Numbered from the whole stretch's first letter, positions 30,621 to 41,112 are shown. The stretch is 63,511 nucleotides of DNA, filler included, from Candidatus Tectimicrobiota bacterium (GCA_016193065.1; 4 parts of 4 records of this genome joined end to end with filler, not necessarily neighbours in it); one strand, 5' to 3'. Notes: generated from the letters alone by a model not told the origin. Made by a program: numbers and translations.

Positions 30621-30848
30621 ATGATCGAGAAAGAGAAGGTCGAGCGGGTCCTGTCACAGCTCCGTCCGGCTCTCAATGCGGATGGGGGAGATGTTGAGCT
30701 TGTCGAGGTCACCGAGAACAACGAGATTCTGATCCGGCTCGTTGGCGCCTGCGCGGGCTGTCCGATGTCCCAAATGACGTTGCAGATGGGAATCGAACAG
30801 GCCCTCAGGGAAGAGATCCCTGAAATCGAGCGGGTGCTGGCGGTCTAG
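30621..30848 (+). CDS. NifU/NfuA C-terminal-domain Fe-S carrier
   Basis: RPALNADGGDVEL...GACAGCPMS. Confidence 0.93.
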   Translation: MIEKEKVERVLSQLRPALNADGGDVELVEVTENNEILIRLVGACAGCPMSQMTLQMGIEQALREEIPEIERVLAV

Positions 30849-30910
30849 GGCTCGCCCGCAAGGGGAAAATTTACCGCACAAAACCAAAAGTCATCTGGAG
30901 GGGGAAAATC

Positions 30911-31513
30911 ATGGCTTTCGTGGAGATCAAGGCCCAGGAGCTCAAGCCTGCCACTTTGAACATGGATGGAATTTCCAAGAAGACGATGGAAGAGCATTAC
31001 AAGCTCTACCAGGGATATGTGAACAAGACGAACGAGATCCGGAAAAAGCTGGAAACCGCGGACCGGACCACGGCGAATCAGACCTATAGCGATTTGCGGG
31101 TTCTCAAGGTAGAGCTTACCTTTGCCCTGGGCGGGGTCAAGAACCACGAAATCTATTTTGCCAATCTTGGCGGCAAGGGAGGGAAAGCAACCGGAAGGGC
31201 CTCGGAGGTCATCGAGAAAGATTTCAGCTCCTTTGAGAAGTGGGCGGAGGATCTAAAGGCCACGGGACTTGCCGCCCGCGGCTGGGTTTGGCTGGCCTAC
31301 GATCACGATGACGGGAGGTTCTTTAACTTCCTCGGGGATGCCCAAAACACCTTCCCGGTCTGGAACGCGACCCCGGTCTTGGCCCTGGACACCTACGAGC
31401 ACGCCTATTACCTGGATTACGCCACGAACCGGGGGGCTTACATAGACGCCTTTATGCGGAACCTGGATTGGGATGACGTCAACCGGCGGATTGCGGCTCT
31501 CAACCTGAAGTAG
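30911..31513 (+). CDS. Fe/Mn superoxide dismutase family
   Basis: [29 protein letters not shown]. Confidence 0.92.
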   Translation: MAFVEIKAQELKPATLNMDGISKKTMEEHYKLYQGYVNKTNEIRKKLETADRTTANQTYSDLRVLKVELTFALGGVKNHEIYFANLGGKGGKATGRASEVIEKDFSSFEKWAEDLKATGLAARGWVWLAYDHDDGRFFNFLGDAQNTFPVWNATPVLALDTYEHAYYLDYATNRGAYIDAFMRNLDWDDVNRRIAALNLK

Positions 31514-31550
31514 GAAGGGGCAGCTCCATGACCACAGGGGCCGGGGTTTC

Positions 31551-32099
31551 ATGAGCGGGGAGGGGGTGGAAGAGGATATTTCCAGGAAGACTCTGGAGAT
31601 TCGGGAGATCATTGAAGGGCTCCTGCACTGGCTGGGGGAAGATCCGAGCCGTCCCGGACTGGACAAGACGCCGGAGCGGGTCGCCGAAGCCCTGCAGTTT
31701 CTTACCCGGGGTTATCAGCAGGACATCGACGAGGTCCTGAACGGAGCACTGTTTCCCATCGCCTACGAGGAGATGGTGATCGTGAAGGACGTGGACTTCT
31801 ACAGCCTTTGCGAGCACCATCTTCTCCCTTTTTTCGGCAAGTGCCATGTGGCCTACATCCCCGACAAGAAGGTGATCGGTCTTAGCAAAATCCCGCGCCT
31901 GGTGGAGGTCTTCAGTCGCCGCCTGCAGGTCCAGGAGCGCCTGACCTGCCAGATTGCTGAGACAATTCAAGAGAAGATTTCCCCGGTCGGGGTGGCGGTG
32001 GTGATGGAAGCCCAGCACCTCTGCATGATGATGAGGGGAGTCGAGAAGCAGAATACCCTGGCGGTTACCAGCTCTATGCTGGTCGTATTTCGCACGTGA
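31551..32099 (+). CDS. folE: GTP cyclohydrolase I, C-terminal helix missing
   Basis: [41 protein letters not shown]. Confidence 0.93.
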   Translation: MSGEGVEEDISRKTLEIREIIEGLLHWLGEDPSRPGLDKTPERVAEALQFLTRGYQQDIDEVLNGALFPIAYEEMVIVKDVDFYSLCEHHLLPFFGKCHVAYIPDKKVIGLSKIPRLVEVFSRRLQVQERLTCQIAETIQEKISPVGVAVVMEAQHLCMMMRGVEKQNTLAVTSSMLVVFRT

Positions 32100-32785
32100 C
32101 AGGCGCCAGCCGGGGGATCGGCCGGGCCGTGGCCCTGGCTCTGGGCCGGGCCCGGGTTCATACCGCTGTCCTGGCCCGCTCGCGCCCCGCTCTGGAAGAG
32201 GTCGCCCGGCAGGTGCAGACGGACGCCGTGAAGGCCCTGCCGATCGTGGCCGATGTGCGCCACGAGGACGAAGTGAAGCGGGCCGTGGAGGAGGTCGTGG
32301 CCCGTCTGGGCTCCCTCGACATCCTGGTCAATTGTGCCGGCAAGGGATACTTCGGTTGGGTCCACGAGACCGAAACCGCAGACTGGGACGAAGTCCTGGG
32401 AGTCAACCTGCGCGGACTCTTCCTCTGCACCCGGTATGCCCTGATCCACATGCTTTCCCGGCAGCGGGGGCAGATCGTCAATTTGGCTTCCGTGGCAGGA
32501 CTGCAAGCGTACGGCAAGAGCGCCGCGTATTGCGCCAGCAAGTTTGGCGTGGTGGGGTTTTCCCGGGCGCTTGCCCTGGAGGTGAAGAAAAGGGGCGTGC
32601 GGGTGCACACAATTTGCCCGGGGGCGGTGGACACGGGGTTTTGGGAAAGTTCCCCTTCCCGCCCGGATCGCTCGCAGATGCTCCTTCCCGAGGAGATTGC
32701 CGAGTTGGTCATGGAGGTCTTGAGTTTTTCGGGGCGCGGGGTGGTGAGCCAGATGGTCGTGAACTCTCCGCTTGGAGTCTATTGA
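32096..32785 (+). CDS. short-chain dehydrogenase/reductase, first beta-strand missing
   Basis: [19 protein letters not shown]. Confidence 0.9.
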   Translation: MTGASRGIGRAVALALGRARVHTAVLARSRPALEEVARQVQTDAVKALPIVADVRHEDEVKRAVEEVVARLGSLDILVNCAGKGYFGWVHETETADWDEVLGVNLRGLFLCTRYALIHMLSRQRGQIVNLASVAGLQAYGKSAAYCASKFGVVGFSRALALEVKKRGVRVHTICPGAVDTGFWESSPSRPDRSQMLLPEEIAELVMEVLSFSGRGVVSQMVVNSPLGVY

Positions 32786-32800
32786 GGCGGGAGGAACTCC

Positions 32801-33334
32801 ATGGGGGAACCCGATCTGGATGCTGCCTTGAGGATGGCGATCAATCGGGAGGTGGTTTCCTTCCTGTACTACGACATCCTGTCCGGGCAGAAGAATTTTC
32901 CGGAGTACCTGCGGCAGGTTTTCAGTTTTCTGGCCGAAGGGGAGCGTGAACATTTGGCGGCGCTCGTCGGGAGCCAGCAGAAACACGGGGGAGGTGCGGG
33001 ATTTGAGGGTCCGGCCGATCTCATAGAGAAGAACCGGGCCTTTGTGCAGGAGAGGGTCCGGGAGGAGGTTGCTGAAGCCATCCGGAAAGGTTATCCTGAA
33101 CCGCGGGAAGTGCTGACGCGGGCGGTGAAGAAAGAACAGCAGTCGGCGCGTTTTTACTCTTTTTACTCGGGCTCCGTGAAGAACCGTGAGGTAAAAGCCT
33201 TCTTCAAAACCTTGCTGCAGGAAGAAAAAGAGCACGTGAAGATCATGAAAGCTCTCCATCTGCTGGTCGAGAAGGGAATCATGGGAGTCAACAACCTAGC
33301 CGACAAGGCCAAGACAAAGAAGGGGTCGAGATGA
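32801..33334 (+). CDS. ferritin-like/rubrerythrin-family di-iron protein
   Basis: two E...Y...ExxH units (EREH, EKEH). Confidence 0.75.
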   Translation: MGEPDLDAALRMAINREVVSFLYYDILSGQKNFPEYLRQVFSFLAEGEREHLAALVGSQQKHGGGAGFEGPADLIEKNRAFVQERVREEVAEAIRKGYPEPREVLTRAVKKEQQSARFYSFYSGSVKNREVKAFFKTLLQEEKEHVKIMKALHLLVEKGIMGVNNLADKAKTKKGSR

Positions 33335-33843
33335 TCCGCAGGTTTTGCAGGGAAATCCTTGACGTCTTTTGGCCCATCTCCAAGGGGATGCGGGTTACCT
33401 TGAAGCACCTGTTCAAGGTGCCGATTACAGTCCAGTATCCGGTGGAAAAACTGAACCTGGCGACCCGGTTCCGGGGCAGGCTATTTAACAAGATGGAGGA
33501 CTGCATCGGCTGCGACAACTGTGCCGTCGTCTGTCCTACGAGTTGCATCTCCATGGACCTGGTGCGCAAGCCCAAGGACGCTCCCAAGGAATTCACCTCC
33601 GACGGCACGGAGATAAAGATCCTGGTGACCCGTTTTGACATCGACCTGACCCGTTGCATGTTCTGCGGCCTCTGCACCATCCCCTGCCCGACGGAGTGCC
33701 TCACCATGAGCGAAGGCTACGAGCATGCGTTTTACGACAAGGAGGAGTGGATTCTGCGCTTTGGCGCCAACACGAAGAATCCGGAACTCCTTGCCCTGGA
33801 TCCCAAGAAGCAAGATGAGAAGGCCGCCGCAATTGCATCCTAA
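33331..33843 (+). CDS. nuoI: NADH-quinone oxidoreductase subunit I-like 2x[4Fe-4S] protein
   Basis: TVQYP, RFRG, CIGCDNCAVVCP, RCMFCGLCTIPCP. Confidence 0.9.
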   Translation: MIRRFCREILDVFWPISKGMRVTLKHLFKVPITVQYPVEKLNLATRFRGRLFNKMEDCIGCDNCAVVCPTSCISMDLVRKPKDAPKEFTSDGTEIKILVTRFDIDLTRCMFCGLCTIPCPTECLTMSEGYEHAFYDKEEWILRFGANTKNPELLALDPKKQDEKAAAIAS

Positions 33844-33867
33844 TCTCTAGAAAGGGGGTGATCGCCT

Positions 33868-34347
33868 GTGGGAATTTTGGAAGGACAGTTTGGCTCGAAC
33901 GCCATTACAACGACAGTGGACAAATTGATCAATTGGGCCCGCAAGTCCTCCCTGTGGCCCATGACTTTTGGGCTGGCGTGCTGAGCAATTGAAATGATGG
34001 CCGCGGGGGCCTCGCGGTTCGATGGTTTTGAGCGCTTCGGAGTCCTGTTCCGGGCCTCGCCGCGACAGTCGGACGTGATGATTGTGGCGGGCTCGGTGAC
34101 TTACAAGATGGCGGAGTTGATTCGCAGGCTGTACGACCAGATGCCTGAGCCCCGCTGGGTGATCTCCATGGGTGCCTGTGCAACGAACGGGGGCCCTTAT
34201 AATTCCTACAGTCATATGCAAGGGGTGGATAAAGTGGTCCCCGTTGACGTGTACGTCGTGGGTTGTCCCCCCAGGCCCGAAGCGCTTATTCACGGTATCA
34301 TGCAACTCCAGAAAAAGATCGAGCAGGAAAAATTGTTGAGGAAGTAG
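33868..34347 (+). CDS. nuoB: NADH-quinone oxidoreductase subunit B with in-frame TGA (probable selenocysteine)
   Basis: RBS AAGGGGGTG, GTG 33868; [20 protein letters not shown](33982)-[31 protein letters not shown]; 159 codons. Confidence 0.9.
33999..34019 (+). promoter_or_regulatory. candidate bacterial SECIS hairpin
   Basis: GG-CCGCG-GG-GGC-CT-CGCGG-TT stem with a G-led apical loop about 23 nt after the TGA. Confidence 0.5.
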
Positions 34348-34817
34348 TGGCATCTGAACCTCAGAAAGAGCAGATCCGCCGCGCCCTGGCTTCTTTCCCC
34401 CGGGAACAGACCTACCTGCTTCCCGCGCTGCAAAAGGTGCAGGAAGAATTGGGCTACCTTCCCCCGTGGGCGCTGGAGACGGTCAGCGAGTATACCCGGG
34501 TGCCCAAAAGTGAGGTGTACGGAGTCGCCACTCATTACCCCGAGCTGCGCTTGCATTGCCCGGGTCGCCGGCATATCCGGGTATGCACCGGGGTTAGCTG
34601 CCGCGTCAATGGCTCCCTCGACGTTCTCCGTGCCCTGTCGGAGGTTTTGGGCGTGCGTTCCGGAGAGACCCGGCAGGACGGTGAGGTGACTCTCGAGGAG
34701 GTCGGATGTTGTTTTGTTTGCTCGGTGGCCCCGGTGGTGGAAGTTGACGGGGTATTCAAGGGACGCGTGCAGTCGTCTGCCGCTGCCTCTATGGTAAACG
34801 AGAGGGGGAGGCCGTAG
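34347..34817 (+). CDS. NuoE/FdsG-like [2Fe-2S] subunit
   Basis: LLPALQKVQEELGYLP, VYGVATHY, CTGVSC, CCFVCSVAP; GTG overlaps the nuoB stop. Confidence 0.9.
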   Translation: MASEPQKEQIRRALASFPREQTYLLPALQKVQEELGYLPPWALETVSEYTRVPKSEVYGVATHYPELRLHCPGRRHIRVCTGVSCRVNGSLDVLRALSEVLGVRSGETRQDGEVTLEEVGCCFVCSVAPVVEVDGVFKGRVQSSAAASMVNERGRP

Positions 34818-34822
34818 GCGCC

Positions 34823-36475
34823 ATGGGAACGCCTCAAGAGCGCTGGCGATTACTACAGGGCCAGGCTCAGGCCCAAGAGCCGCCGGGTACCCGCCTGGCG
34901 GGTGCCCGCCTGGCGGGTGCCCGCCTGCTGGTGGGGGCGGGGAGCTGCGGGCAGGCGGTCGGCGCCCTCGAAGTTGCGGCAGAGCTCCGCGTGGGGCTCG
35001 GGAAGCTCGGACTCCGGGTCCCGGTCGTGGAGGCGGGCTGCACCGGGATGTGCTACGGAGCCGTTCAAGTCACCTTGAACGGTCAGGGGGTTCCCGCCAC
35101 TTACAGTTCCATTACACCGTCTGAGGCTGCTGCTGCGCTGGCGCAGATTTTAAAAAAGGCGCCTCTCTCTTCCCACGAAGCCTTCCTGTGGAATCCGGAT
35201 TCTCAGACTGGACTGCCGGGTCTGCCCTCGATCCCTTTCTTGTGGGGACAGCGCCGGGTTGTCCTGGAACGCTGCGGTCTCGTGGATCCCGGAGATATCC
35301 ATGATGCTTTGCGACATGGGGCATACGGGGCCCTGGCCCGCGCACTTACCGAGATGGATCCTCCTCAGGTCATTGCCGTGGTCAAAGAGTCGGGACTCCT
35401 GGGGAGAGGGGGCGCGTATTTCCCTGCCGCACTGAAGTGGGAAGGCTGCCGGGCCGCGCGGGGCGAACCCAAATATCTCGTGGTGAATGCGGAGGAGGGA
35501 GAGCCCGGGATTTTCAAGGACCGCCATCTCATGGAAGGAGACCCCCACAAGCTCTTGGAGGGGATGCTCATTGCCGCTTATGCAGCCGGGAGCAGCCGTG
35601 GTTTCCTGTTCGTCAACGGGGAGGCCAAGTTGTCCTTCGAGCGCTTGGCCCGGGCGCTGGACCAGGCCCGCAGTCTGGGCCTCATCGGAAAGCGGATTCT
35701 GGGTTCAGACTTCTCCTTTGAGGTGGAGTTGAGGCAGGGAGCCGGTGGCTTTGTCCTGGGCGAAGAGACGGCCCTACTGGAGTGCATTGAGGGACGGCGG
35801 GCCCTGCCTCGCGTGCGGCCTCCGTTCCCCGTCGAATCGGGCCTTTGGGGTCAGCCCACTGTCATCAACAACGTGGAGACTCTGGCCAATGTGCCTGCGG
35901 TCATCGAGCGAGGAGCCAACTGGTTTCAGAGTTTGGGAACAGAAAAGTCCCGGGGAACCAAATTATTTGGTCTGTCCGGGAATGTGGCCCGGCCCGGAAT
36001 TGTCGAGGTGGAACTGGGGCACACCTTGCGGGATCTGATTTTCTCCCTGGGGGGAGGCGTTTCGGGAAAAGCCGGGTTGAAGGCTGTCCTGCTTGGGGGG
36101 CCCTCCGGGAGTCTGGTTCCTCCTCAAGATCTGGATTTGTCTTTGGAACCGAGAGGAAAATTCCCTCTGGGGTCCGGCGGGGTGGTTGCACTTGACGGTT
36201 ATCGCTCGATTCTTGACGTCGTCCACACCCTGATCCGCTTCAATACCGGCGAATCCTGTGGAAAGTGCACCCCGTGCCGGGAAGGGACGGCCCGGCTGTC
36301 AGACATGGTGGCCGGGCTGGAGAAAGGCCGGATGCCCTCTACTGTTTTCGGCGAGCTTGAAAACCTGAGCGAGGTTGTGAGCCTGGCTTCCCTGTGCGGG
36401 TTGGGACAAGCCGCCCCGTATTCCGTCCTGAGCGCTCTCCGATATTTTCCCGAGACCCGCGGAGTTTCTCCCTGA
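34823..36475 (+). CDS. NuoF/FdsB-like FMN/NAD(H)-binding subunit
   Basis: GRGGAYFP, NAEEGEPG, GEETAL, NNVET, ESCGKCTPCREG, LCGLG; N-terminal SCG..GCTGMC domain; no C-terminal ferredoxin domain. Confidence 0.92.
   Translation: MGTPQERWRLLQGQAQAQEPPGTRLAGARLAGARLLVGAGSCGQAVGALEVAAELRVGLGKLGLRVPVVEAGCTGMCYGAVQVTLNGQGVPATYSSITPSEAAAALAQILKKAPLSSHEAFLWNPDSQTGLPGLPSIPFLWGQRRVVLERCGLVDPGDIHDALRHGAYGALARALTEMDPPQVIAVVKESGLLGRGGAYFPAALKWEGCRAARGEPKYLVVNAEEGEPGIFKDRHLMEGDPHKLLEGMLIAAYAAGSSRGFLFVNGEAKLSFERLARALDQARSLGLIGKRILGSDFSFEVELRQGAGGFVLGEETALLECIEGRRALPRVRPPFPVESGLWGQPTVINNVETLANVPAVIERGANWFQSLGTEKSRGTKLFGLSGNVARPGIVEVELGHTLRDLIFSLGGGVSGKAGLKAVLLGGPSGSLVPPQDLDLSLEPRGKFPLGSGGVVALDGYRSILDVVHTLIRFNTGESCGKCTPCREGTARLSDMVAGLEKGRMPSTVFGELENLSEVVSLASLCGLGQAAPYSVLSALRYFPETRGVSP
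34884..34927 (+). repeat. 15-bp in-frame tandem repeat CGGGT(A/G)CCCGCCTGG x3
   Basis: encodes GTRLA-GARLA-GARL near the NuoF-like N-terminus. Confidence 0.85.
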
Positions 36476-36506
36476 GGTCCGGTTGTCGATGAGGGGGATA
36501 CCAGCG

Positions 36507-39169
36507 ATGGCCGGTACGCTGACGATCGATGGTGTTGTCGTCCAGTTCCAGGAAGGGGAAACCGTTCTCGATGCCGTAAACCGGTCCGGAATTTACCTCT
36601 CCCAACTGTGCAAGGAGCCCGAACGTCCGGCCTTGGGCGCCTGCCGCACCTGTCTTGTAGAGATCGAGAGCGTGCGGGGGTTTCCGGCTTCCTGCTCCAC
36701 GCCCTGCCGTCCGGGGATGGTGGTTCGGACCAATTCTCCCGAAGTCGAGAAGATTCGTCGCGGCGTCTTGGAACTCACGCGCGGGATGCTTAGCCCCGGC
36801 GATGGGGAACGCCGGAGGAGCCTCGGCCAGTTTGACCAGGCCATCGAGCACGCCGCAATTCCCCAGGCGTGCTATCAGCCTCTCCACCGCTATCCAGTCG
36901 ACGAAAGCAAATCATTCTTTGTTTTGGACCGGGACCTCTGCATCCTGTGCGGGCGCTGCGTGGATGCCTGCCAGCAAGTGCAGCACATCGGTGCCATTGC
37001 CCTGATTGGCAAGGGACATGNNNNNNNNNNNNNNNNNNNNCTCGGGCTCTGCGCCCGAAGAGGGAAACCGCGCCCGGGTACCCGCACCCAATGGGGTACC
37101 CGGGGTGCCGCCGGGTTGAGACCACCTGCCCGTACTGTGGGGTCGGCTGCGGCATCGTCCTCCAGGTGAATCCTCAAGAGCAGATCTTGGGGATGGTGGA
37201 GGACGTTCCTGAAAATCCTTCCAGCCGGGGAATGCTGTGCGTCAAGGGACGCTTTGGCACCGGGTTTGTCCACCACCCGTCCAGGCTGAAGAAGCCCTTG
37301 ATCCGGAAAGGAGGCTCTCTGGTCGAAGCGAGCTGGGAGGAAGCCCTCGACGTTATCGCTGAGAGGCTAGCCGGCTATCGAGGGGAGGAATTTGCGGCCC
37401 TGGCCTCTGCCAAAGCCACCAACGAAGACGGCTACGTCATGCAGAAGTTTGTCCGGGTGGTCATGGGGACAAACAGCATCGATCACTGCACCCGGCTTTG
37501 CCACGCTCCTTCCGTGGAGGCCATGCTCACTTCATTGGGCAGCGGCGCCACCAGCAACTCCTACATGGATTACGAGGAGGCCGGCTGCCTGATGGTGGTG
37601 GGCTCCGACAGCTCGGCCAACCATCCGGTGATTGCCGTCCGCTTCCGCAAGGCGGTCCAGAAGCATGGTGCGAAGCTGATCGTGGTGAACCCCAAGTGGA
37701 TCGACCTGTGCTCCTACGCCGATCTCTGGCTTCGCCAGAATCCCGGCACCGACGTGGCGCTGTTTAACGGCCTGGCCAGAATCGTGCTGGACGAGGGTTG
37801 GGAGGACCGGGAGTTTATCGAGGGCCGCACCGAGAATTTCGCAGAGTGGAAAGCTTCCCTGGAAGAATACACCTCCCGCAGGGTTTCACGAATCACCGGG
37901 GTTCCTGAGGAAGACTTGCGGGCGGCGGCCCGTTACTATGCCAGACCTGCGCATGGGGGGTCGTGCCTCATTTGGGGGATGGGGATCACGCAGCACATCA
38001 ACGGCACCGCCAATGCCCACGCCCTCCTGAACCTGGCTCTGGTGACGGGCCAGATGGGGAAACCGGCGAGCGGTATTTCTCCCTTGAGGGGCCAGAACAA
38101 CGTGCAAGGGTGCGGGGACGCAGGTTGCATCCCTGATTCTTTGCCGGGCTACCAGCCGGTCGGCAGTCCGGCGGCCCGTGCCAAGTTTGCAGCAAAATGG
38201 GGAGTCCCGATCCCCGAGAGTGAAGGTCTGCGGGTTACGGAAATGGTGGAAGCGGCCATGGCCGGAAAACTCAGGGCCATGTACATCGTCGGCGAAAACC
38301 CGCTGCTCAGCGAGGCGGACCTCCATCACGCCCGCGAAGCTGTCTCCAAACTCGAGTTCCTGGTGGTTCAGGACCTTTTCCTCCATGAGACCGCGGAAAT
38401 CGCCCACGTGGTGCTGCCGGCCTGCTCCTTTGCGGAGAAAGACGGCACGTTCACCAACAGCGAGCGCAGGGTCCAACGGGTGAGGCGGGCGATCGCCCCG
38501 ACCGGGGAGACGCGCCCCGATACGGAAATCATCTGCGAGGTGGCCCGGCGGGTTCTTCAAAAACGGGGCCGCTCTGCCGAGGGGTTCGATTTTGCCGGTC
38601 CTGCCGAGGTCTTCTCGGAGATGGCCTCTCTCGTCCCCTTCCTGGCCGGCATCAATTATCAGCGGCTCGAGAAGGCGGGGATTCAGTGGCCCTGCCCGGC
38701 GCCGGATCACCCGGGGACGCGCTATCTTTACAGCGAAGGGTTTCCCCGGGGGCGGGGGAAATTTGTCCCCGTGTACCAGGGATCTCCGGCGGACGAGCTA
38801 CCGGACGAGGAATATCCGTTGATTCTGAACACGGGCAGGATTCTCTATCACTGGCACGGCGGCACACTGACCCGCAGAGTCGAAGGCCTTCTCGCCCTGG
38901 CCCCACGGCTCGAAGTGGCAATTCACCCGAACGACGCTTCCCGCTACGGCCTCCAGCCGGGAGCGCCTGTCCGTCTCTCCTCGCGGCGGGGAGATCTGAC
39001 CGGTGTGGCGAAAGTCACTGCGGCGGTTCGCGAGGGGGAGGTCTTTGTCCCCTTTGTCCGGATCGAGGAGTCTGCCGCCAATTTTCTCACGAACTCCGCT
39101 CACGACCCTTCTTCACGGATTCCCGAGTACAAGGTGTGTGCCGTGCGCCTCGAGCCCGTCCATCATTGA
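36507..39169 (+). CDS. formate dehydrogenase alpha subunit (FdsA/FdhF-like, Mo/W-bisPGD, Cys ligand); spans N gap 37021-37040
   Basis: N-terminal 2Fe-2S (QLC..GACRTC..SC), CILCGRC, TCPYCGVGC, LCVKGRF, HCTRLCH, LRGQNNVQG, GTFTNSERRVQ, PEYKVCAV. Confidence 0.92.
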
Positions 39170-39181
39170 AAAATTGCGCTG

Positions 39182-39686
39182 ATGCCGCTCCTTGGCGCCC
39201 ACGTTTCCATCGCGGGAGGAATCTACAAAGCCCCGAGTCTGGCCCGCGAAATCGGCTGCCAGTCCATGCAGATCTTCACCCGCAACGCCAGCCAGTGGCA
39301 CGCCGAGCTCGTGAAGCCGGAGGAGATTGCCCCGTTCCGCAAGGCCTTACAGGACACCGGGATTTCACCTGTTCTCGTGCACGATTCCTACCTCATCAAT
39401 CTGGCCTCTCCCGATCCCGACCTGCGCGGGAAATCCATGGCGGCGTTCCGAGCGGAAATGGAGCGCTGCGAAGCTTTGGGGATCTCCGGCCTCGTCACCC
39501 ACCCGGGGGCTCACCGAGGGGCGGGGGAAGACCGAGGGATCGAGCTCTTCGTACAAAGTATGAATCGCCTCTTGCAGGCTCAGCAGGGAGGGCGCGTGAA
39601 AATCCTGCTGGAAATCACCGCCGGGCAAGGGACCTCCCTGGGTTACCGCTTTGAGCATCTGGCTCGCATGATTACGGGTATTGAGG
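39182..39686 (+). CDS. nfo: endonuclease IV (3' truncated at contig end)
   Basis: GAHVSIAGG, QIFT, HDSYLINLAS, HPG, LEITAGQG. Confidence 0.93.
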
Positions 39687-39786
39687 NNNNNNNNNNNNNN
39701 NNNNNNNNNNNNNNNNNNNNNNNNNNNNNNTTAATTAATTAANNNNNNNNNNNNNNNNNNNNNNNNNNNNNNNNNNNNNNNNNNNN
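39687..39786. other. artificial contig-join linker
   Basis: N-run + TTAATTAATTAA + N-run. Confidence 0.97.
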
Positions 39787-40505
39787 TGGTGATCCCCATT
39801 GCCATATCGGTTCACACGGTCGTGTCCTGGGTCTTTGCCATGACGATCCAGCCCATGTGGCACAGCACAATCTTCGGTCCTTACTTTGTGGCCGGGGCCA
39901 TCTTTTCGGGTATTGCCGCGCTCATCATCGCCATGGCCATCATCCGGCGCGCTTATCACCTGGAGGAATATCTCAAACCCATCCACTTCAACAACCTGGG
40001 CACTCTTCTCCTGGTCATGAGCCTACTGTGGTTCTACTTCACGTTTGCCGAATACCTGACCACCTTCTACGGAGGTGAGCCCACGGAGATGACGGTCTTT
40101 AATGCCAAGATAAAGGGGCCCTATGCCCCCTACTTCTGGACCATGGTGATGACCGACTTCGTGATCCCGTTTGCGATCTTATGCAACCGCAAGACCCGCA
40201 CCATTGCGGGAACGGTCGTAGCCTCGGCCTCGGTGACCGTGGGAATGTGGCTGGAACGCTTCACGATCGTGGTGCCTACTTTGGTCAATCCTCGGATCCC
40301 TTTCCCCCGGGGGACCTACTTCCCCACCTGGATTGAGGTCTCCCTGACGGCGGCAGCCTTTGCGATGTTTATTCTTCTCTACATGGTGTTTACCAAGTTC
40401 TTCCCCATTGTCTCCGTGTGGGAAATGGAGGAGGGCAGAGAAGTCGGTGTCGCAGAAACCACCGCGCGGGTGCGCACGTATCTGCCGGGGAAAGCGGAGG
40501 CATAA
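39787..40505 (+). CDS. NrfD/PsrC (ActC-like) membrane subunit, 5' truncated
   Basis: SVHTVVSWVFA..PMWHSTIFGPYFVAGAIFSG, MWLERFTIVV, YFPTWIE. Confidence 0.88.
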
Positions 40506-40506
40506 A

Positions 40507-41112
40507 ATGGAAGAACACCTGGGCAGCAACCTCTCCCGCCTTGGAGCCGAACGGGCCGCCAGCCGCAGCATCGTTTATGGCGCTCTTTCGGCGGCCTTCC
40601 GCCGGCCCGCCTTCGATGCGGTCCTGGACAAACTGGGAAGTTCCGGGATGTTTCTCATCCTGGAAGTGGAGTACAACCGGCTCTTCGTGGGGCCCAACCC
40701 GCCCCGTGTCTACCCGTACGAATCCATGTACCAGGGTCCGGGCGGAGCCGCCATGGGGGAGGCTGCCCTGCACGTTCTTAGCACCTATGCCCTGGAAGGG
40801 CTGTGTCCCGGGGACGTGGAGAAAGATCTGCCCGATCACGTGGCCTTGGAGCTTGAGTTTCTCGCCTACCTTTGTGCCCGGGAAGCGGCTGCCCTGGAAG
40901 AGAGAAACGAGGAAAAGATTTTCCACTACGTGGGCAGGCAGCGCGATTTCATCAAGAATCACCTGGCGCGCTGGGTGTCCCCGTTTTGCCGGGAGATTCT
41001 CCGCGAGACCCAGGAGGATTTTTTCAAGTGTTGGGCAAATTTGCTGGAGAGATTCATCCGCTGGGAGGCCAAGAGACTGGAGGTTCAAGTTCATGGCGAG
41101 AGTCTGGCCTAA
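40507..41112 (+). CDS. TorD/DmsD-family molybdoenzyme maturation chaperone
   Basis: EYNRLFVGP, PYESMY, PDHVALELEFL, HLARW. Confidence 0.88.
   Translation: MEEHLGSNLSRLGAERAASRSIVYGALSAAFRRPAFDAVLDKLGSSGMFLILEVEYNRLFVGPNPPRVYPYESMYQGPGGAAMGEAALHVLSTYALEGLCPGDVEKDLPDHVALELEFLAYLCAREAAALEERNEEKIFHYVGRQRDFIKNHLARWVSPFCREILRETQEDFFKCWANLLERFIRWEAKRLEVQVHGESLA

Noticed and set aside
34823-36475. Electron-bifurcating HydB-type subunit
   Set aside because: The C-terminal 2x[4Fe-4S] domain typical of bifurcating HydB is absent
36507-41112. FDH-NrfD-TorD as one membrane-bound formate dehydrogenase locus
   Set aside because: An artificial contig linker at 39687-39786 separates them
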